A stretch of 62,262 nt of DNA. It comes from an uncultured Rikenellaceae bacterium (GTDB lineage Bacteria > Bacteroidota > Bacteroidia > Bacteroidales > VadinHA17). The notes beneath the pieces were generated by a model. The model did no database searches, was not told where the DNA came from, and saw only the letters and a list, made by a program, of their open reading frames with translations. The position numbers were made by a program, and so were the translations under genes. This document shows positions 20,860 to 31,650 of the stretch, piece by piece. The first letter of the stretch is position 1, and every line of letters begins with the position of its first letter. The stretch spans positions 1 through 62,262 of the forward strand of contig CAYQRF010000003.1 of the NCBI GenBank assembly GCA_964419775.1, given 5' to 3'.

Positions 20860-22020
20860 ATGAAAAAGGTTTTTCTGCTGCTTGCAGTCATTTCTATCTC
20901 CGTTGCTACATTTGCCCAGAAGGGTAAAGTAACGAGCGCCCTGACGTTAATCGAGCAGGGGTCTCTGGACAAAGCCAAAGAGGCTCTTGACCAGGCACTT
21001 ACACATCCCAAATCGATGAACTGGTTCAACACTTATTTTGCCAAGGGTAAGCTTGCCCAAGCCGTTTTCAAATCAGACAATCCAACCTTCAAGGCATATT
21101 ATACTGATCCCCTCGGCGAAGCTTATTCCGCCTATGAAAAGTCAATGGCACTTGATGCCAAGGGTGGCGCTAAAAAGAAGATCATCACAGGCATGGTTTA
21201 CAACTCGCTTGCACTCGATCTTTATTCTCAGGGCGGACAACTTTTCGAGGCCAGGGATTATGCTGGTGCTCTGAAATCATTCGAAACACAGATCGCTATA
21301 ACCGAAAGCGATAATTATGTAGGGGTTACCGATACCGGAATGTATTACAACGCCGGTCTTGCCGCTATGAATGCGAAAGATCACCAGAAAGCCATTAAGT
21401 ATTTCGAGAAATGCGCTGAAATGCAATACCAGGGCATCAATCCTTATTTCCAGATTTCTCAGAACTATCTTGAAATGGGAGACACCGTCAAGGCTGAAAC
21501 GATACTCGTCGACCTTCGCAACAAGTATGCCGACGACAAGAATGTCACTCTCCAGCTTATAGATCTTTATATCAAAGCCGGAAAAAATAAGGAAGCTCTT
21601 GAAAACCTTGCAATTGCCAGGGCAAATGATCCTGAGAACTACAGCCTGCACTTCGCAGAAGGTATTATCTACCTTAACGAAGACAGATTTGATGAGGCAA
21701 TAGAAAGACTTACAAAATCAGTCGAGCTTAATCCAGATTTCTATGACAGCCAGTACGGACTGGGTGCCTCTTATATTAACAAGGCGTCAGACATGTTCTC
21801 CAAGGCTAATGACATCATGGATGTCAACGAATACAACAAGGCTATTGATAATGCCATGGCAGTATTTGCAAAAGCTCTTCCTTTCATGGAAAAAGCCAAT
21901 CAACTGAAACCTGATGATGTTTTCGCTCTCAGAAGCCTCAGGGAACTTTACTACAGGCTCAAGATGACTGAAAAATACGATGCGGTCAAGGCCAAACTTG
22001 ATACTATCGAACAGCAGTAA
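20860..22020 (+). CDS. Secreted tetratricopeptide repeat protein
   Basis: Signal peptide and repeated TPR-like helices; usual neighbour of gyrA in Bacteroidetes. Confidence 0.85.
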   Translation: MKKVFLLLAVISISVATFAQKGKVTSALTLIEQGSLDKAKEALDQALTHPKSMNWFNTYFAKGKLAQAVFKSDNPTFKAYYTDPLGEAYSAYEKSMALDAKGGAKKKIITGMVYNSLALDLYSQGGQLFEARDYAGALKSFETQIAITESDNYVGVTDTGMYYNAGLAAMNAKDHQKAIKYFEKCAEMQYQGINPYFQISQNYLEMGDTVKAETILVDLRNKYADDKNVTLQLIDLYIKAGKNKEALENLAIARANDPENYSLHFAEGIIYLNEDRFDEAIERLTKSVELNPDFYDSQYGLGASYINKASDMFSKANDIMDVNEYNKAIDNAMAVFAKALPFMEKANQLKPDDVFALRSLRELYYRLKMTEKYDAVKAKLDTIEQQ

Positions 22021-22054
22021 TCCCAAAAAGATCACCTGCTGAAAAATATAGGGG

Positions 22055-22087
22055 AAAGCCTTTCCGTTAAACGGAGAGGCTTTTCTC
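22055..22087 (+). terminator. Intrinsic terminator
   Basis: AAAGCCTTTCCGT-taa-ACGGAGAGGCTTTTCTC. Confidence 0.7.
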
Positions 22088-22120
22088 ATTTATTGCATAA
22101 CCTCACAAAATATCCGGACC

Positions 22121-22939
22121 ATGAACAAAATTTTCTGCTCTTTCCTGTTGTCACTAATTATTTTCTCAACCGCTTGTACCAAAACGGATAACCCCGAACC
22201 GGGAGACCCTGGCAAGATAATAGTTCTGATGTATCACAGGATTGTGGAAGGAGAGGCCACTAACCTTTATGAAAGGAGTCTGGATAATCTTGAGGCTGAC
22301 CTTATGTATCTTAATACCAATAATATAAAGGTAATCAGTTTTGCAGAACTGAATGAATTCGAGGAGCAGGGGTCGATACCTGAGGGTAACTATGCCATAA
22401 TAACCTTCGATGATGGCGACAGTTCCTGGTATACACTTGTACGTCAATTACTTATAGATTACAACATGGAAGCCACATTCTTCCTGTGGACTTATATGAT
22501 CGGAAGTGATTCATTCATGACATGGGAAGAAGTTGAGGATATGAGCAATTATATTGTTAAGGGCGGAGTAAGACCATTTACATTCGGATCACATTCATAT
22601 TCACATTCATTTCTTTACGACAACAGAAGCAGATATGCCACTCTTGCTGAATATCAGAGTTTTCTTGATTATGAACTGGGCAGGTCAAAGGAAATAATAG
22701 AACAGCACACACCCGGTGATGTCGATGTTTTTTCGCTTCCTTACGGAAATGGCGCAGGTGATGAAGAAATAATTGCAGCAGCGGAGAGAAACGGATACAA
22801 ATTTATTCGAACCTCAATATGGTCGGCCATTGACAATACAAATTTGGATCTGATGGTTATTCCAAGCCTGCCAATGCTGGATGCATCAGAACAGGAGCTG
22901 ATAGGATACTACCTGGGCATAACAGACTCCTATAATTAA
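22121..22939 (+). CDS. Polysaccharide deacetylase family lipoprotein
   Basis: Lipobox-like STAC, VLMYH, ITFDDG, GSHSYSH, LPYG. Confidence 0.85.
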   Translation: MNKIFCSFLLSLIIFSTACTKTDNPEPGDPGKIIVLMYHRIVEGEATNLYERSLDNLEADLMYLNTNNIKVISFAELNEFEEQGSIPEGNYAIITFDDGDSSWYTLVRQLLIDYNMEATFFLWTYMIGSDSFMTWEEVEDMSNYIVKGGVRPFTFGSHSYSHSFLYDNRSRYATLAEYQSFLDYELGRSKEIIEQHTPGDVDVFSLPYGNGAGDEEIIAAAERNGYKFIRTSIWSAIDNTNLDLMVIPSLPMLDASEQELIGYYLGITDSYN

Positions 22940-23134
22940 TCAATAAGTTTAACAAACAATCATGCGGTAGGGGAAAAGATGCACAATCATTTTCCTTTGC
23001 CTTAGTTTATTCAAAATATTCTATTTGACATAATATTAATTATAGGAAATTTATCCAAACCATTTCTGTACAGGTGAGAAAATCCAGCAAGTCCAGCCAG
23101 CGTTGTGATACCATTGATCTTCGAAAATTGATTA

Positions 23135-23227
23135 ACCACGGATTTCACGGATATCACGGATGAAATCACGGATTTTATTATATGATACAATCCGTGCTTT
23201 ACCTGTGTTCTCCGTGAAATCCGTGGT
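23135..23227. repeat. CACGGAT short-repeat hairpin element with 17-bp terminal inverted repeats
   Basis: ACCACGGATTTCACGGA (23135-23151) is the exact reverse complement of TCCGTGAAATCCGTGGT (23211-23227); further CACGGAT / ATCCGTG units lie inside. Confidence 0.8.
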
Positions 23228-23413
23228 AAAATCCTTAGTTCGGTAAATATTAAAATCAATAATATTTGTTGTTCATAGTCAGCAATCAAAAAAACCAATA
23301 CTCAATTTTCAGGGCCCCTCCCCTTCCGTAACACCAAAAAAAAACAGCCATATACCATATCTTATTGATAATATGTACATTATCAATTAAAATAGTAGTA
23401 TATGGCCGTTACT

Positions 23414-23455
23414 CCTTAACGCCTTAACGCCTTTACGCCTTAACGCCGTCACGCC
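23414..23455. repeat. Tandem octamer repeat (CCTTAACG)n, five degenerate units
   Basis: CCTTAACG CCTTAACG CCTTTACG CCTTAACG CCGTCACG. Confidence 0.8.
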
Positions 23456-23460
23456 CTACC

Positions 23461-25095
23461 TCACGCCTTCCTTATCTCGTCCTTTAGCCTCTGAATATGC
23501 CCGCGGCCAAGTCCCTTGACCTCACATCCAAGCTGGAAATACTTCCTGATATTTTCATCAGACAGGATTCCGAAACAATCGATTATGGCTGCCGGTCTTC
23601 CAATTTTCTTAACAACTTTTTCGGGATCGAGGCCGAGATATGCCTTATGAGGTACTGCAAGTATTACTGCATCAGCGTCCTTAAGAGCTTTATCGAGATT
23701 CTGCTGAATACTTATTTCCTTCAGCTTTTCCTGGTTCCTGAAGAACCGGGCTTTGCTTTGTCCTACACCCGGGAAAGTATCCTGCTGTTCAAATTCCCAC
23801 CAGTGTTCCACATAAGGATCATGTACGCGGATTTCGGCGCCCATTTCAGCAAGCTTCCTTATAACTATTTCAGATCCGCTGTAGCGGGTATCACCAACAT
23901 CTTCACGGTATGCTGCTCCAAGAACAAGTACTTCCGCTCCGGCAATCGGCTGTCCCATATTCCTGAGTGCATCGCGTGTCAGCTGACCTACATGCAGTCC
24001 CCTGGTATCGTTAATATCAATTGCCATAGGGGTAATTTTGAAGATATCATCCTCAAAACCAAGTATATGCTTGTACGCCCAAAGTCCCAGGCCGCCATCC
24101 TTCGGAAGACAGTATCCGCCGATTCCGGGTCCCGGAAATATCATATTGCTGTGAGTCGGACGCATCTTGATGGCATTGATAACCTTGATGAGGTCAACGC
24201 CATTCCTTTCTGCGAAAAGGCTCCACTCATCCAGGAAAGCCAGGATTGTTGCCCGGTAACTGTTTTCCACTATCTTGGCAGTCTCCGATTCAATGGGCCT
24301 GTCCATGACAGTCAGAGGAAATTTTTCAGTATTGAGTACTTCAGTCAGGAATTTCTCAACCCTGTGTTTTGCCTTTTCATTAATACCGCTGCACACTCTC
24401 CAGAAATCGCGTATGCTGGCCACATAATTTTTGCCCGGCATTACTCTCTCGTAGCTGTGAGCAAGAAGAGGATCGGTTTTGATACCTCTTTTCCTGAATA
24501 CCTTCTTCATTATCGGATAGGCCACCTGTTCGGTTGTTCCGGGCGCCACAGTCGTTTCGATCAGGACAAGAGCTTCGGCAGGTATATGTTCCGCAATTAC
24601 ATGCAGTGAAGCTTCAAGGGCTGCCATATCAGTCTCGCCGGTACGCACGTTACCAAGTTCTTCCTTTATATAATCGCACTGCACATCAACAACAACCACA
24701 TCGGCAAGCTTCAGAACATCATATGTATATGTTGCGATCAGTGTTTTCTTCTCGATGACGCACCTTGCTATCATGGGATCCACTTCGGGGTCTTCAGCCT
24801 TAACGGGTGATACTCCCCTGTTCAGAAGGGGTATCTTCCAGAAGCTTCTCGGACTTGGCCGCTGCATGCCTATCACAAACTTCGAAGGATTGCCTTTCTT
24901 GTCTACAGTATCGGCAACAATGGCAGCCATAACTGCACCTACAAAGCCCACTCCCATCACTACAACGATCTCGCGACCTTTGGCGCGTTCCTTTTCAACA
25001 CGTTTTTTGATGGTTTCAAATTCCTTTACATAATCCTCTGGTTTTGGCAGCGGGAATTGCTCTCCTGCCGGACTGACTGAATACTTCTCACTCAT
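23461..25095 (-). CDS. Nucleotide-sugar dehydrogenase (UDP-glucose/GDP-mannose dehydrogenase family)
   Basis: GVGFVG Rossmann motif, ETTVAPGTT, ERVMPG, PGPGIGGYCLPKD. Confidence 0.9.
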   Translation of the reverse strand: MSEKYSVSPAGEQFPLPKPEDYVKEFETIKKRVEKERAKGREIVVVMGVGFVGAVMAAIVADTVDKKGNPSKFVIGMQRPSPRSFWKIPLLNRGVSPVKAEDPEVDPMIARCVIEKKTLIATYTYDVLKLADVVVVDVQCDYIKEELGNVRTGETDMAALEASLHVIAEHIPAEALVLIETTVAPGTTEQVAYPIMKKVFRKRGIKTDPLLAHSYERVMPGKNYVASIRDFWRVCSGINEKAKHRVEKFLTEVLNTEKFPLTVMDRPIESETAKIVENSYRATILAFLDEWSLFAERNGVDLIKVINAIKMRPTHSNMIFPGPGIGGYCLPKDGGLGLWAYKHILGFEDDIFKITPMAIDINDTRGLHVGQLTRDALRNMGQPIAGAEVLVLGAAYREDVGDTRYSGSEIVIRKLAEMGAEIRVHDPYVEHWWEFEQQDTFPGVGQSKARFFRNQEKLKEISIQQNLDKALKDADAVILAVPHKAYLGLDPEKVVKKIGRPAAIIDCFGILSDENIRKYFQLGCEVKGLGRGHIQRLKDEIRKA

Positions 25096-25239
25096 ATGGG
25101 TTAATTTGGTTCTGTTTTATTTATGGATAAATTCTACATAACAGCCTGTATCCGTGATTGGACTGTCGATCCTCTATTACGGACAAAATATCAAGTTATT
25201 GTGCCTCCTGGCATAAAATATATTCTGTAATTATCGCTT

Positions 25240-26595
25240 TCAGATGGTATTGAGAATATCCCTTAAAAGTCCGTCGAAATTGAGGGCGTTATCCGGCCGG
25301 TGCGAAAAACCGAGAACCACGACAACAAGATCACTGGATGGCAGTATGAAAATCATCTGCCCGTCGTGCCCCTGACATGAGTACATGTCCTCGGGTGCTG
25401 ACGGATATTCCCGGCTCCTGTTAAGCCAGAAAAGAGCACCATACTTCCCGTCGCTGGCAGATGCCGGAGTACGCGTATAATCAACCCACCCTTCAGGAAG
25501 GATTCTTTCGCCGCCGAAGACTCCGTCATTAAGGTAAAGAAGACCAAACCTGGCATAATCGCGTGCCGTAGCATAAAGATATGATGAACCTACAAGGTCG
25601 CCTGAGGGGTCAACTTCAAAGACAGCATCCGTAATGCCTATCTTTTCAAGCAGATTGTCATGAACGAAAGCATAACATGAGGTGTCACTGTCAAATTCAT
25701 TTCTGATCAGACTTGTAAGAATGTTTGCCGTACCAGAAGAATATTTCCATTGGGTACCCGATGGGTGCTCCATAGGCTTTGTAACAGCGAACCTGCTCAT
25801 GTCGCCTTCGTTGAAAAGCATAAGGTTAACATCCGACCTGCTACCGTAATCCTCGTTCCACTCCAGTCCGCTCTGCATCTGCAGAAGGTCGTTGAGAGTG
25901 ATCCGGCTCCGGTCATCCTCCTTCCATTCCTCTATCCCGGCCGGCTCAGAAATATCCATTTTCCTCATTCCGACAAGAACCCCGGTAATCGTGTTTGTAA
26001 AGCTTTTAGCCATCGACCAGCTGAGAAAACGGGTGTCTTTGCCGAGTCCCGACCTGTAAGTTTCTGCAACGGGCATACCTTTGTGAAGAACCACAAAAGC
26101 AAAAGGTATTCCGCCATACGCGGTGTCATCCATTAGTTTCCCTGCAATTTCAGTCAGGGCAGTCCTGTCAATGCCAGTGTCGATGGTATCGGGAATAAGG
26201 TCTCCCAATGGCCATGCGGTGGTATCGCGACTATAGCCCGGATCGGTATCGACCGCATAAACTTTGCTTCTTAGCTCCTCCTCCGATGCATCCCTCACCA
26301 GGGTGGCACCAAAACCTTCCCTGTGTATGGCTTTTGATTTTCCCCACAAAAACCTGCTGGTCACACTCTGCTCCTCCTGATCCACCTTGTTACTGGTGAA
26401 TTTTATAAAGGAAAAATTCAGATCAATATCCTCAATCTCCTTTGCATCCCTGCCTGAAACAAAGACATTCGAGCACATATTCTTCGCTGCATAACCTGTA
26501 ATTATGGGCATCAGCGTATTTACATAAATTGCTCCTCCAATAAGGACCAAACCAAAAAGCAAAGCAATTCCATAAAAAACTTTTTTTCTTGTCAT
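25240..26595 (-). CDS. Serine hydrolase (beta-lactamase class C-like family)
   Basis: SWSMAKS (SxxK), LLQMQSGL, WKYSSG, ARDYARFG. Confidence 0.85.
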   Translation of the reverse strand: MTRKKVFYGIALLFGLVLIGGAIYVNTLMPIITGYAAKNMCSNVFVSGRDAKEIEDIDLNFSFIKFTSNKVDQEEQSVTSRFLWGKSKAIHREGFGATLVRDASEEELRSKVYAVDTDPGYSRDTTAWPLGDLIPDTIDTGIDRTALTEIAGKLMDDTAYGGIPFAFVVLHKGMPVAETYRSGLGKDTRFLSWSMAKSFTNTITGVLVGMRKMDISEPAGIEEWKEDDRSRITLNDLLQMQSGLEWNEDYGSRSDVNLMLFNEGDMSRFAVTKPMEHPSGTQWKYSSGTANILTSLIRNEFDSDTSCYAFVHDNLLEKIGITDAVFEVDPSGDLVGSSYLYATARDYARFGLLYLNDGVFGGERILPEGWVDYTRTPASASDGKYGALFWLNRSREYPSAPEDMYSCQGHDGQMIFILPSSDLVVVVLGFSHRPDNALNFDGLLRDILNTI

Positions 26596-26727
26596 GTCTC
26601 CGGATGTTTTAAGAACCCTAATCTATCACAAATTCGGCAAAAACTGATGCAGATGATAAAAATATGAGCCGTTTTTATATTGAACTTTCTATCTTTAAAG
26701 ATATTTGGTCACCCAAAACAGCAAATC

Positions 26728-29397
26728 ATGAAACGTATTTTTCCCGCGCTGCTAACACTGATTGCGATGACAGTTCTGACAGGTTGTACCGGTTATAATC
26801 CGAAACCTGAAGTGTATGACATGAAGTGCGAAAATCTCTCCGATCCACTAGGTACTCCAACCTCCTCACCCAGACTTGGATGGAAGGTGAAATCACACAT
26901 CAACGGTGAATCATATTCAGCGTACCAGGTAATCGCAGCAAGTGAAGAAAAGCTGTTGTCGGAAAAGAAAGCCGACCTCTGGAATTCCGGAAAAACAGAA
27001 TCTTCCGAAAGCATCCTGATCAAATGGCAGGGTAAAGAGTTGTTGTCCGGATCAGTCTGTTACTGGAAAGTGAGGGTATGGAGCGAAAAGGGGAAAGTTT
27101 CAAAATGGAGTGAAACTGCAACATTTTCGACGGGCTTGCTGGAAAATTCAGACTGGAAAGGTGATTATATCGGGATGAACGACAGCTCAGAATATTGCAT
27201 AAGCCCGCAGTTGAAGCGTGAATTTGAAATCGGGAAGCCGGCAGGCCGCTATTTCATACATGTCAATTCTCTTGGATACCACGAAGTATGGGTAAACGGC
27301 CTTAAAGCGGGTGAAAATGTCCTTGCTCCTGCCGTTTCCCAGTTCGATAAGCGTTCTCTTTCCCTGACGTACGACATCACACCGCTGATCAAAAGGGGAA
27401 TCAATACTCTTATTCTGTGGACCGGACAGGGATGGTACAGCAAGGGGCTTCCCGGTGTTGAATGGAACGGTCCGCTTGTAAGAGCCCAGGTAGAAAGGAT
27501 TGAAGGCACCGAAAGAGAGATTATCCTGTTTACCGATTCAAGCTGGCTTGCCAGGGCAAGCGGTTATTCAACAATAGGTAACTGGAGGCCGCATCAGTTT
27601 GGAGGAGAGCTGATTGACGGGTCCATGCTTTCGGATAACTTAACTAACGGGAACTTTGCCTGGATTCCTGTTTCAGCGGTAAAATTACCAGAACGAAAGG
27701 TCAGTCCTCAGACAACTGAAGCAAACAGGATCATTGACACTATTAAAGCCGTTTCAGTAACCAGGTTAAACGACAGCACCTGGCTTGCCGATATGGGAAC
27801 CACTCTCACCGGGTGGTTCAGTATCAATTTCCACCAGCTGAAACCACGTCAGGCTGTCACAATCCGGTATAGCGATCACCTGGATAATGACGGGAAGCCG
27901 GTAAATCAGGGACAGATCGACCGCTATATTGCAGCCGGAGCCGGCAATGAGCATTTCATAAACAAATTCAACTACCACGGCTTCAGGTATGCCATGATAA
28001 CCAACCTTCCGGAAGAACCTTCAATTGATGATATAAATGCTTATCTTATCCAGACTGATTTCAGACAAGCATCGTCATTTGAATGTTCGGATGAGGATCT
28101 CAACAGGATCTACAGCATGATAAACTACACCCTCCGGTGCCTAAGCCTCGGAGGATACCTGGTCGACTGCCCTCAGATAGAACGCCTTGGTTACGGAGGT
28201 GATGGCAACGCCTCCACCCTTACCGCGCAGACTATGTTCGACCTTGCCCCTCTTTATTCAAACTGGCTGCAGGCATGGGAAGATTGCATCCGTGATGACG
28301 GCGGAATGCCTCACACAGCCCCCAATCCATATTCAGCTGGCGGAGGTCCCTACTGGTGCGGATTCATAATCACGGCATCATGGAATACCTACCTGAACTA
28401 TGGCGACGAGAGCTTCCTGAAGAGGTACTATCCGGTAATGCAGAAGTGGCTTGGATATGCTGAGAAATATTCGCCGAAAGGCCTTCTCGAAGGCTGGCCC
28501 GAAACCGAATACAGATCGTGGTACCTGGGCGACTGGGCAGTTCCTGAAGGCATCAACCAGACGGATCCCCGATCAATCGGACTTGTCAATAACTGCTTTA
28601 TGACAGTGTGTTATGAGAAGATGAACAAAATTGCCACGGTCCTTGGACTGCCCGATGATGCCCGGAAATATGCTTCAAGGGAAGAAGACCTGAAGTCCCT
28701 TATAAATGCAACGTACTACAACAAGTCAGACCGGAGCTATGGCAGCGGTTCCCAGATCGACCTCACCTATCCCATGCTGGCCGGCATTGTGCCGGATTCT
28801 CTCATATCAAATGTAAGACAAAACCTGCTCGACTTCACACTTAAGAAGCGCGGAGGGCATTTTGCCTCCGGACTGGTTGGTATACCAGTTTTCACCGAAT
28901 GGGCCACGCTTAACCATGAGGCTGATCTGATGTATTCAATGCTTAAAAAGCGTGATTATCCCGGATATCTGTATATGACCGACAACGGTGCAACCACAAC
29001 CTGGGAGCACTGGAACGGAGCCCGAAGCAGGATTCACAACTGCTACAACGGCATCGGATCATGGTTTATCCAGGCACTGGGTGGAATCAGGTCTGACCAG
29101 AATCACCCGGGATACAGACTTATTATAATAGACCCGCAGGTACCTGAAGGTGTAACCTGGGCAAGAACCTCAAAGGAAACACCTTATGGAACTGTGATAG
29201 CAAACTGGAAGATTGAAAACGGTTCAATGATTATCGATCTTACAATTCCTGCAGGCAGCAAAGCGGCAATGATGATTCCTCAAAACTGCGACACTTATAC
29301 GGTAAACGGTCAGTCACAATATGCAAACGGGTCGCCTGCCATTTTAAGTAATGGCACATACACAATTTCATATGAATTGAATAAAAAGATTATATAA
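26728..29397 (+). CDS. Glycoside hydrolase family 78 (alpha-L-rhamnosidase-like) lipoprotein
   Basis: Lipobox LTGC, FNYHGFRY, VDCPQIERLGYGGD, GATTTWEHW, SKETPYG. Confidence 0.88.
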   Translation: MKRIFPALLTLIAMTVLTGCTGYNPKPEVYDMKCENLSDPLGTPTSSPRLGWKVKSHINGESYSAYQVIAASEEKLLSEKKADLWNSGKTESSESILIKWQGKELLSGSVCYWKVRVWSEKGKVSKWSETATFSTGLLENSDWKGDYIGMNDSSEYCISPQLKREFEIGKPAGRYFIHVNSLGYHEVWVNGLKAGENVLAPAVSQFDKRSLSLTYDITPLIKRGINTLILWTGQGWYSKGLPGVEWNGPLVRAQVERIEGTEREIILFTDSSWLARASGYSTIGNWRPHQFGGELIDGSMLSDNLTNGNFAWIPVSAVKLPERKVSPQTTEANRIIDTIKAVSVTRLNDSTWLADMGTTLTGWFSINFHQLKPRQAVTIRYSDHLDNDGKPVNQGQIDRYIAAGAGNEHFINKFNYHGFRYAMITNLPEEPSIDDINAYLIQTDFRQASSFECSDEDLNRIYSMINYTLRCLSLGGYLVDCPQIERLGYGGDGNASTLTAQTMFDLAPLYSNWLQAWEDCIRDDGGMPHTAPNPYSAGGGPYWCGFIITASWNTYLNYGDESFLKRYYPVMQKWLGYAEKYSPKGLLEGWPETEYRSWYLGDWAVPEGINQTDPRSIGLVNNCFMTVCYEKMNKIATVLGLPDDARKYASREEDLKSLINATYYNKSDRSYGSGSQIDLTYPMLAGIVPDSLISNVRQNLLDFTLKKRGGHFASGLVGIPVFTEWATLNHEADLMYSMLKKRDYPGYLYMTDNGATTTWEHWNGARSRIHNCYNGIGSWFIQALGGIRSDQNHPGYRLIIIDPQVPEGVTWARTSKETPYGTVIANWKIENGSMIIDLTIPAGSKAAMMIPQNCDTYTVNGQSQYANGSPAILSNGTYTISYELNKKII

Positions 29398-29436
29398 AGT
29401 ATTACTTTACACACCGGGAAACTGAAAGATATGTTA

Positions 29437-31650
29437 TTACCTGGCGATAATTACACTTTCCCTGCCTATGATCCTGTCGTTCTGGAATAACTGCAGTACA
29501 TAAAAACCCGGAACCTGTTTTCCCAGGCTGAATTCAGCGTACTGGTCGCCTTCCGATTCCCTCATCAGCTCATCATCTATTATTCTGTGGCCCATCAGGT
29601 CCGTCAGCACAACCCTTATTCTGCCCGGATCCTTAAGATGGAAGTACAGGCTTAACCTGTCACGAACCGGATTGGGAAATACAAGAATGCCGGCTGATCC
29701 CGCCGATGCTGTTTCAGCTATCATTATATTTGCATCAATCCAGTTGACCCGCCGGGTGATCCAGTCCTTGAAAAAGCCGATTTCTTCCTCATAGGTATCA
29801 CCAATGAAATAATTCGGCCATACATATTTGCCCAGCACCGGCCAGCGTTCAAAGTTGCGGTCGACAGCATCACCAAGCCCGTCTATAGTGTTGTCAATAT
29901 AGTCCATAATTGAATCGGTGCTGAAAGAACCCTTTCTGAGTTCCTTCCAGCGGGCTGCAAAGGAGGCCCTGTAGCCAAAATCGTCCATCATTCTTGCCCA
30001 CCAGTGCATCCTTCCGCCGTACATGTCCTGGAATTTGGGGTATAGCCAGGTATCGGTAGCCAGATTAAAATCAGCATAATCCACATTGCCATAGCACAGA
30101 TCGAAATCCCACAACGGTCCAGCTTTAAGCTTTCCCCCCTTTGAATCCTTATCCTTATGAAAGAAAGTGCTGTAACGGTATCCGTCAACATTATTGCCTA
30201 GTTCCTGAATGATCTGAAAATCAACGAACGACTTAGTATCAAAGTATTTTCTGAAACCATCCGTGAGGTCACGGAACGATTCGCCATTCAGCGTATTCTC
30301 TGCTTCCGTAAGGAATTTTCTTATATAATATTTCTGCTCGTCAGCTATCTGGTCAAATTTGGGATAAACGTAGGTGAACCTGTATTTTTCAGAGTAATTG
30401 TATCGTATCGAAGGTGAGATCTGGAAAAACTCGTCCGGTCCGATCCCTCCTGTCTTGTCCGCCTTGACTATGTAGCCACCCGTCAGATCGTCTCCTGAGA
30501 TCTCATCCGGATTAAGCTTGCTTATATCAATCCGGTTATCGTCGCGCTTGATACTTTCCATCAACTGGTAAATTCCGACATAATCCCCGTTCAGCCAGAC
30601 CTCGCAGAACCTGTTATGGGGCTGCCAACCTCCCATTTTTTCGCCCAGGTGGAAAGTGAGTGCATTTCTGAGCAGAGTCTTGTCGGAATATGGTGCATAA
30701 AGGACCCAGTCCTCTTCATCCGGCATTCCAAGAAGGCTTGCAACAGTATCGGCTCCTTCTGAAGTTCTCAGTTCCACGGAATAGCTCTTCTTGGGGAACA
30801 TCTGCGATGACTGACCCCTGATTTCGATGCCGATAAAGCCATCGTAATCAGTACCTTCCTGATACTGGTTATTAAGTTTTCCCGGGCCATTGTCAATTAT
30901 TTTCATTCTGGCCGTAATCTTAGGATCATTGACAATTTCCCTGCCCTCAGTATCAAGTACAATCAACGGCAGATGACTATACTCCGTTGCCGGATCCCTG
31001 AACCACGGTGGAGGATCCCTGTAATTCCTGCTGTCATCGATTATACCGGCGACGAGAAAGGTTGTTGATGAAAGATCGGTCGAACCCGCGTTGCAGTTAT
31101 GAACCTGAAGCGCCAGCAGATTACCTCCTTCCACAAGGAATTCCGCAACAGTCTGCATATCCAAGATAAATCTTGAAGGGATACCTCCCGAAGGCAGTCG
31201 TGCTTCGTATGAATCAAGAATAGCGTATTCGATGAAGCCAGGTTCTGTTCCAATGGTTCCTATGTTTGCCCGGGCGATCTCATGACCGTTCAGATATGCC
31301 ACAAAACCATCGTCGAAATCAACAAACAGACAGAAAGCAGAAATGGCAGAAATATCATGGAGTGTAAATTCCCTCCTCATATATACTGAAGGTACATTGT
31401 CAATTACGGTCATGTCGTCACCGTCCCCGTAACCTATCCCGCCCGGTCCCGTCAGCCACAAGGAATCATCGAATCCCCGGGTATTCCAACCCGACGCAGG
31501 CTGGGAATATCCGGGAACATACGACCACATATCACCTTCTGATACAACAGTTTCCCAGTGATCAGTCGTCTGTGCACTTAAAACCATTGAGAATCCCGCA
31601 ATCAGGGACAAAAGGCTATACCTTCTGCAAAGTTTATGACATGTACTCAC
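29437..31650 (-). CDS. CotH kinase family protein with T9SS-type C-terminal sorting domain
   Basis: IRGQSSQMFPKKSY, DWVLYAPYSDKTLLRN, GPLWDFD; C-terminal VFPNPV...GFYVLQL. Confidence 0.85.
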   Translation of the reverse strand: MSTCHKLCRRYSLLSLIAGFSMVLSAQTTDHWETVVSEGDMWSYVPGYSQPASGWNTRGFDDSLWLTGPGGIGYGDGDDMTVIDNVPSVYMRREFTLHDISAISAFCLFVDFDDGFVAYLNGHEIARANIGTIGTEPGFIEYAILDSYEARLPSGGIPSRFILDMQTVAEFLVEGGNLLALQVHNCNAGSTDLSSTTFLVAGIIDDSRNYRDPPPWFRDPATEYSHLPLIVLDTEGREIVNDPKITARMKIIDNGPGKLNNQYQEGTDYDGFIGIEIRGQSSQMFPKKSYSVELRTSEGADTVASLLGMPDEEDWVLYAPYSDKTLLRNALTFHLGEKMGGWQPHNRFCEVWLNGDYVGIYQLMESIKRDDNRIDISKLNPDEISGDDLTGGYIVKADKTGGIGPDEFFQISPSIRYNYSEKYRFTYVYPKFDQIADEQKYYIRKFLTEAENTLNGESFRDLTDGFRKYFDTKSFVDFQIIQELGNNVDGYRYSTFFHKDKDSKGGKLKAGPLWDFDLCYGNVDYADFNLATDTWLYPKFQDMYGGRMHWWARMMDDFGYRASFAARWKELRKGSFSTDSIMDYIDNTIDGLGDAVDRNFERWPVLGKYVWPNYFIGDTYEEEIGFFKDWITRRVNWIDANIMIAETASAGSAGILVFPNPVRDRLSLYFHLKDPGRIRVVLTDLMGHRIIDDELMRESEGDQYAEFSLGKQVPGFYVLQLFQNDRIIGRESVIIAR

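Noticed and set aside
23011..23298. 95-aa minus-strand ORF
   Set aside because: It has a non-ATG start and runs through the CACGGAT repeat element (giving the SVISSVISVKSV pattern), with no recognisable domain.
23135..23455. CRISPR array
   Set aside because: The repeat units are 7-8 nt, tandem or inverted, with no 30-40-nt unique spacers, and no cas genes are present in the window.
23497..24609. 370-aa plus-strand ORF
   Set aside because: It lies entirely antisense to a well-supported nucleotide-sugar dehydrogenase and is most likely a shadow ORF.
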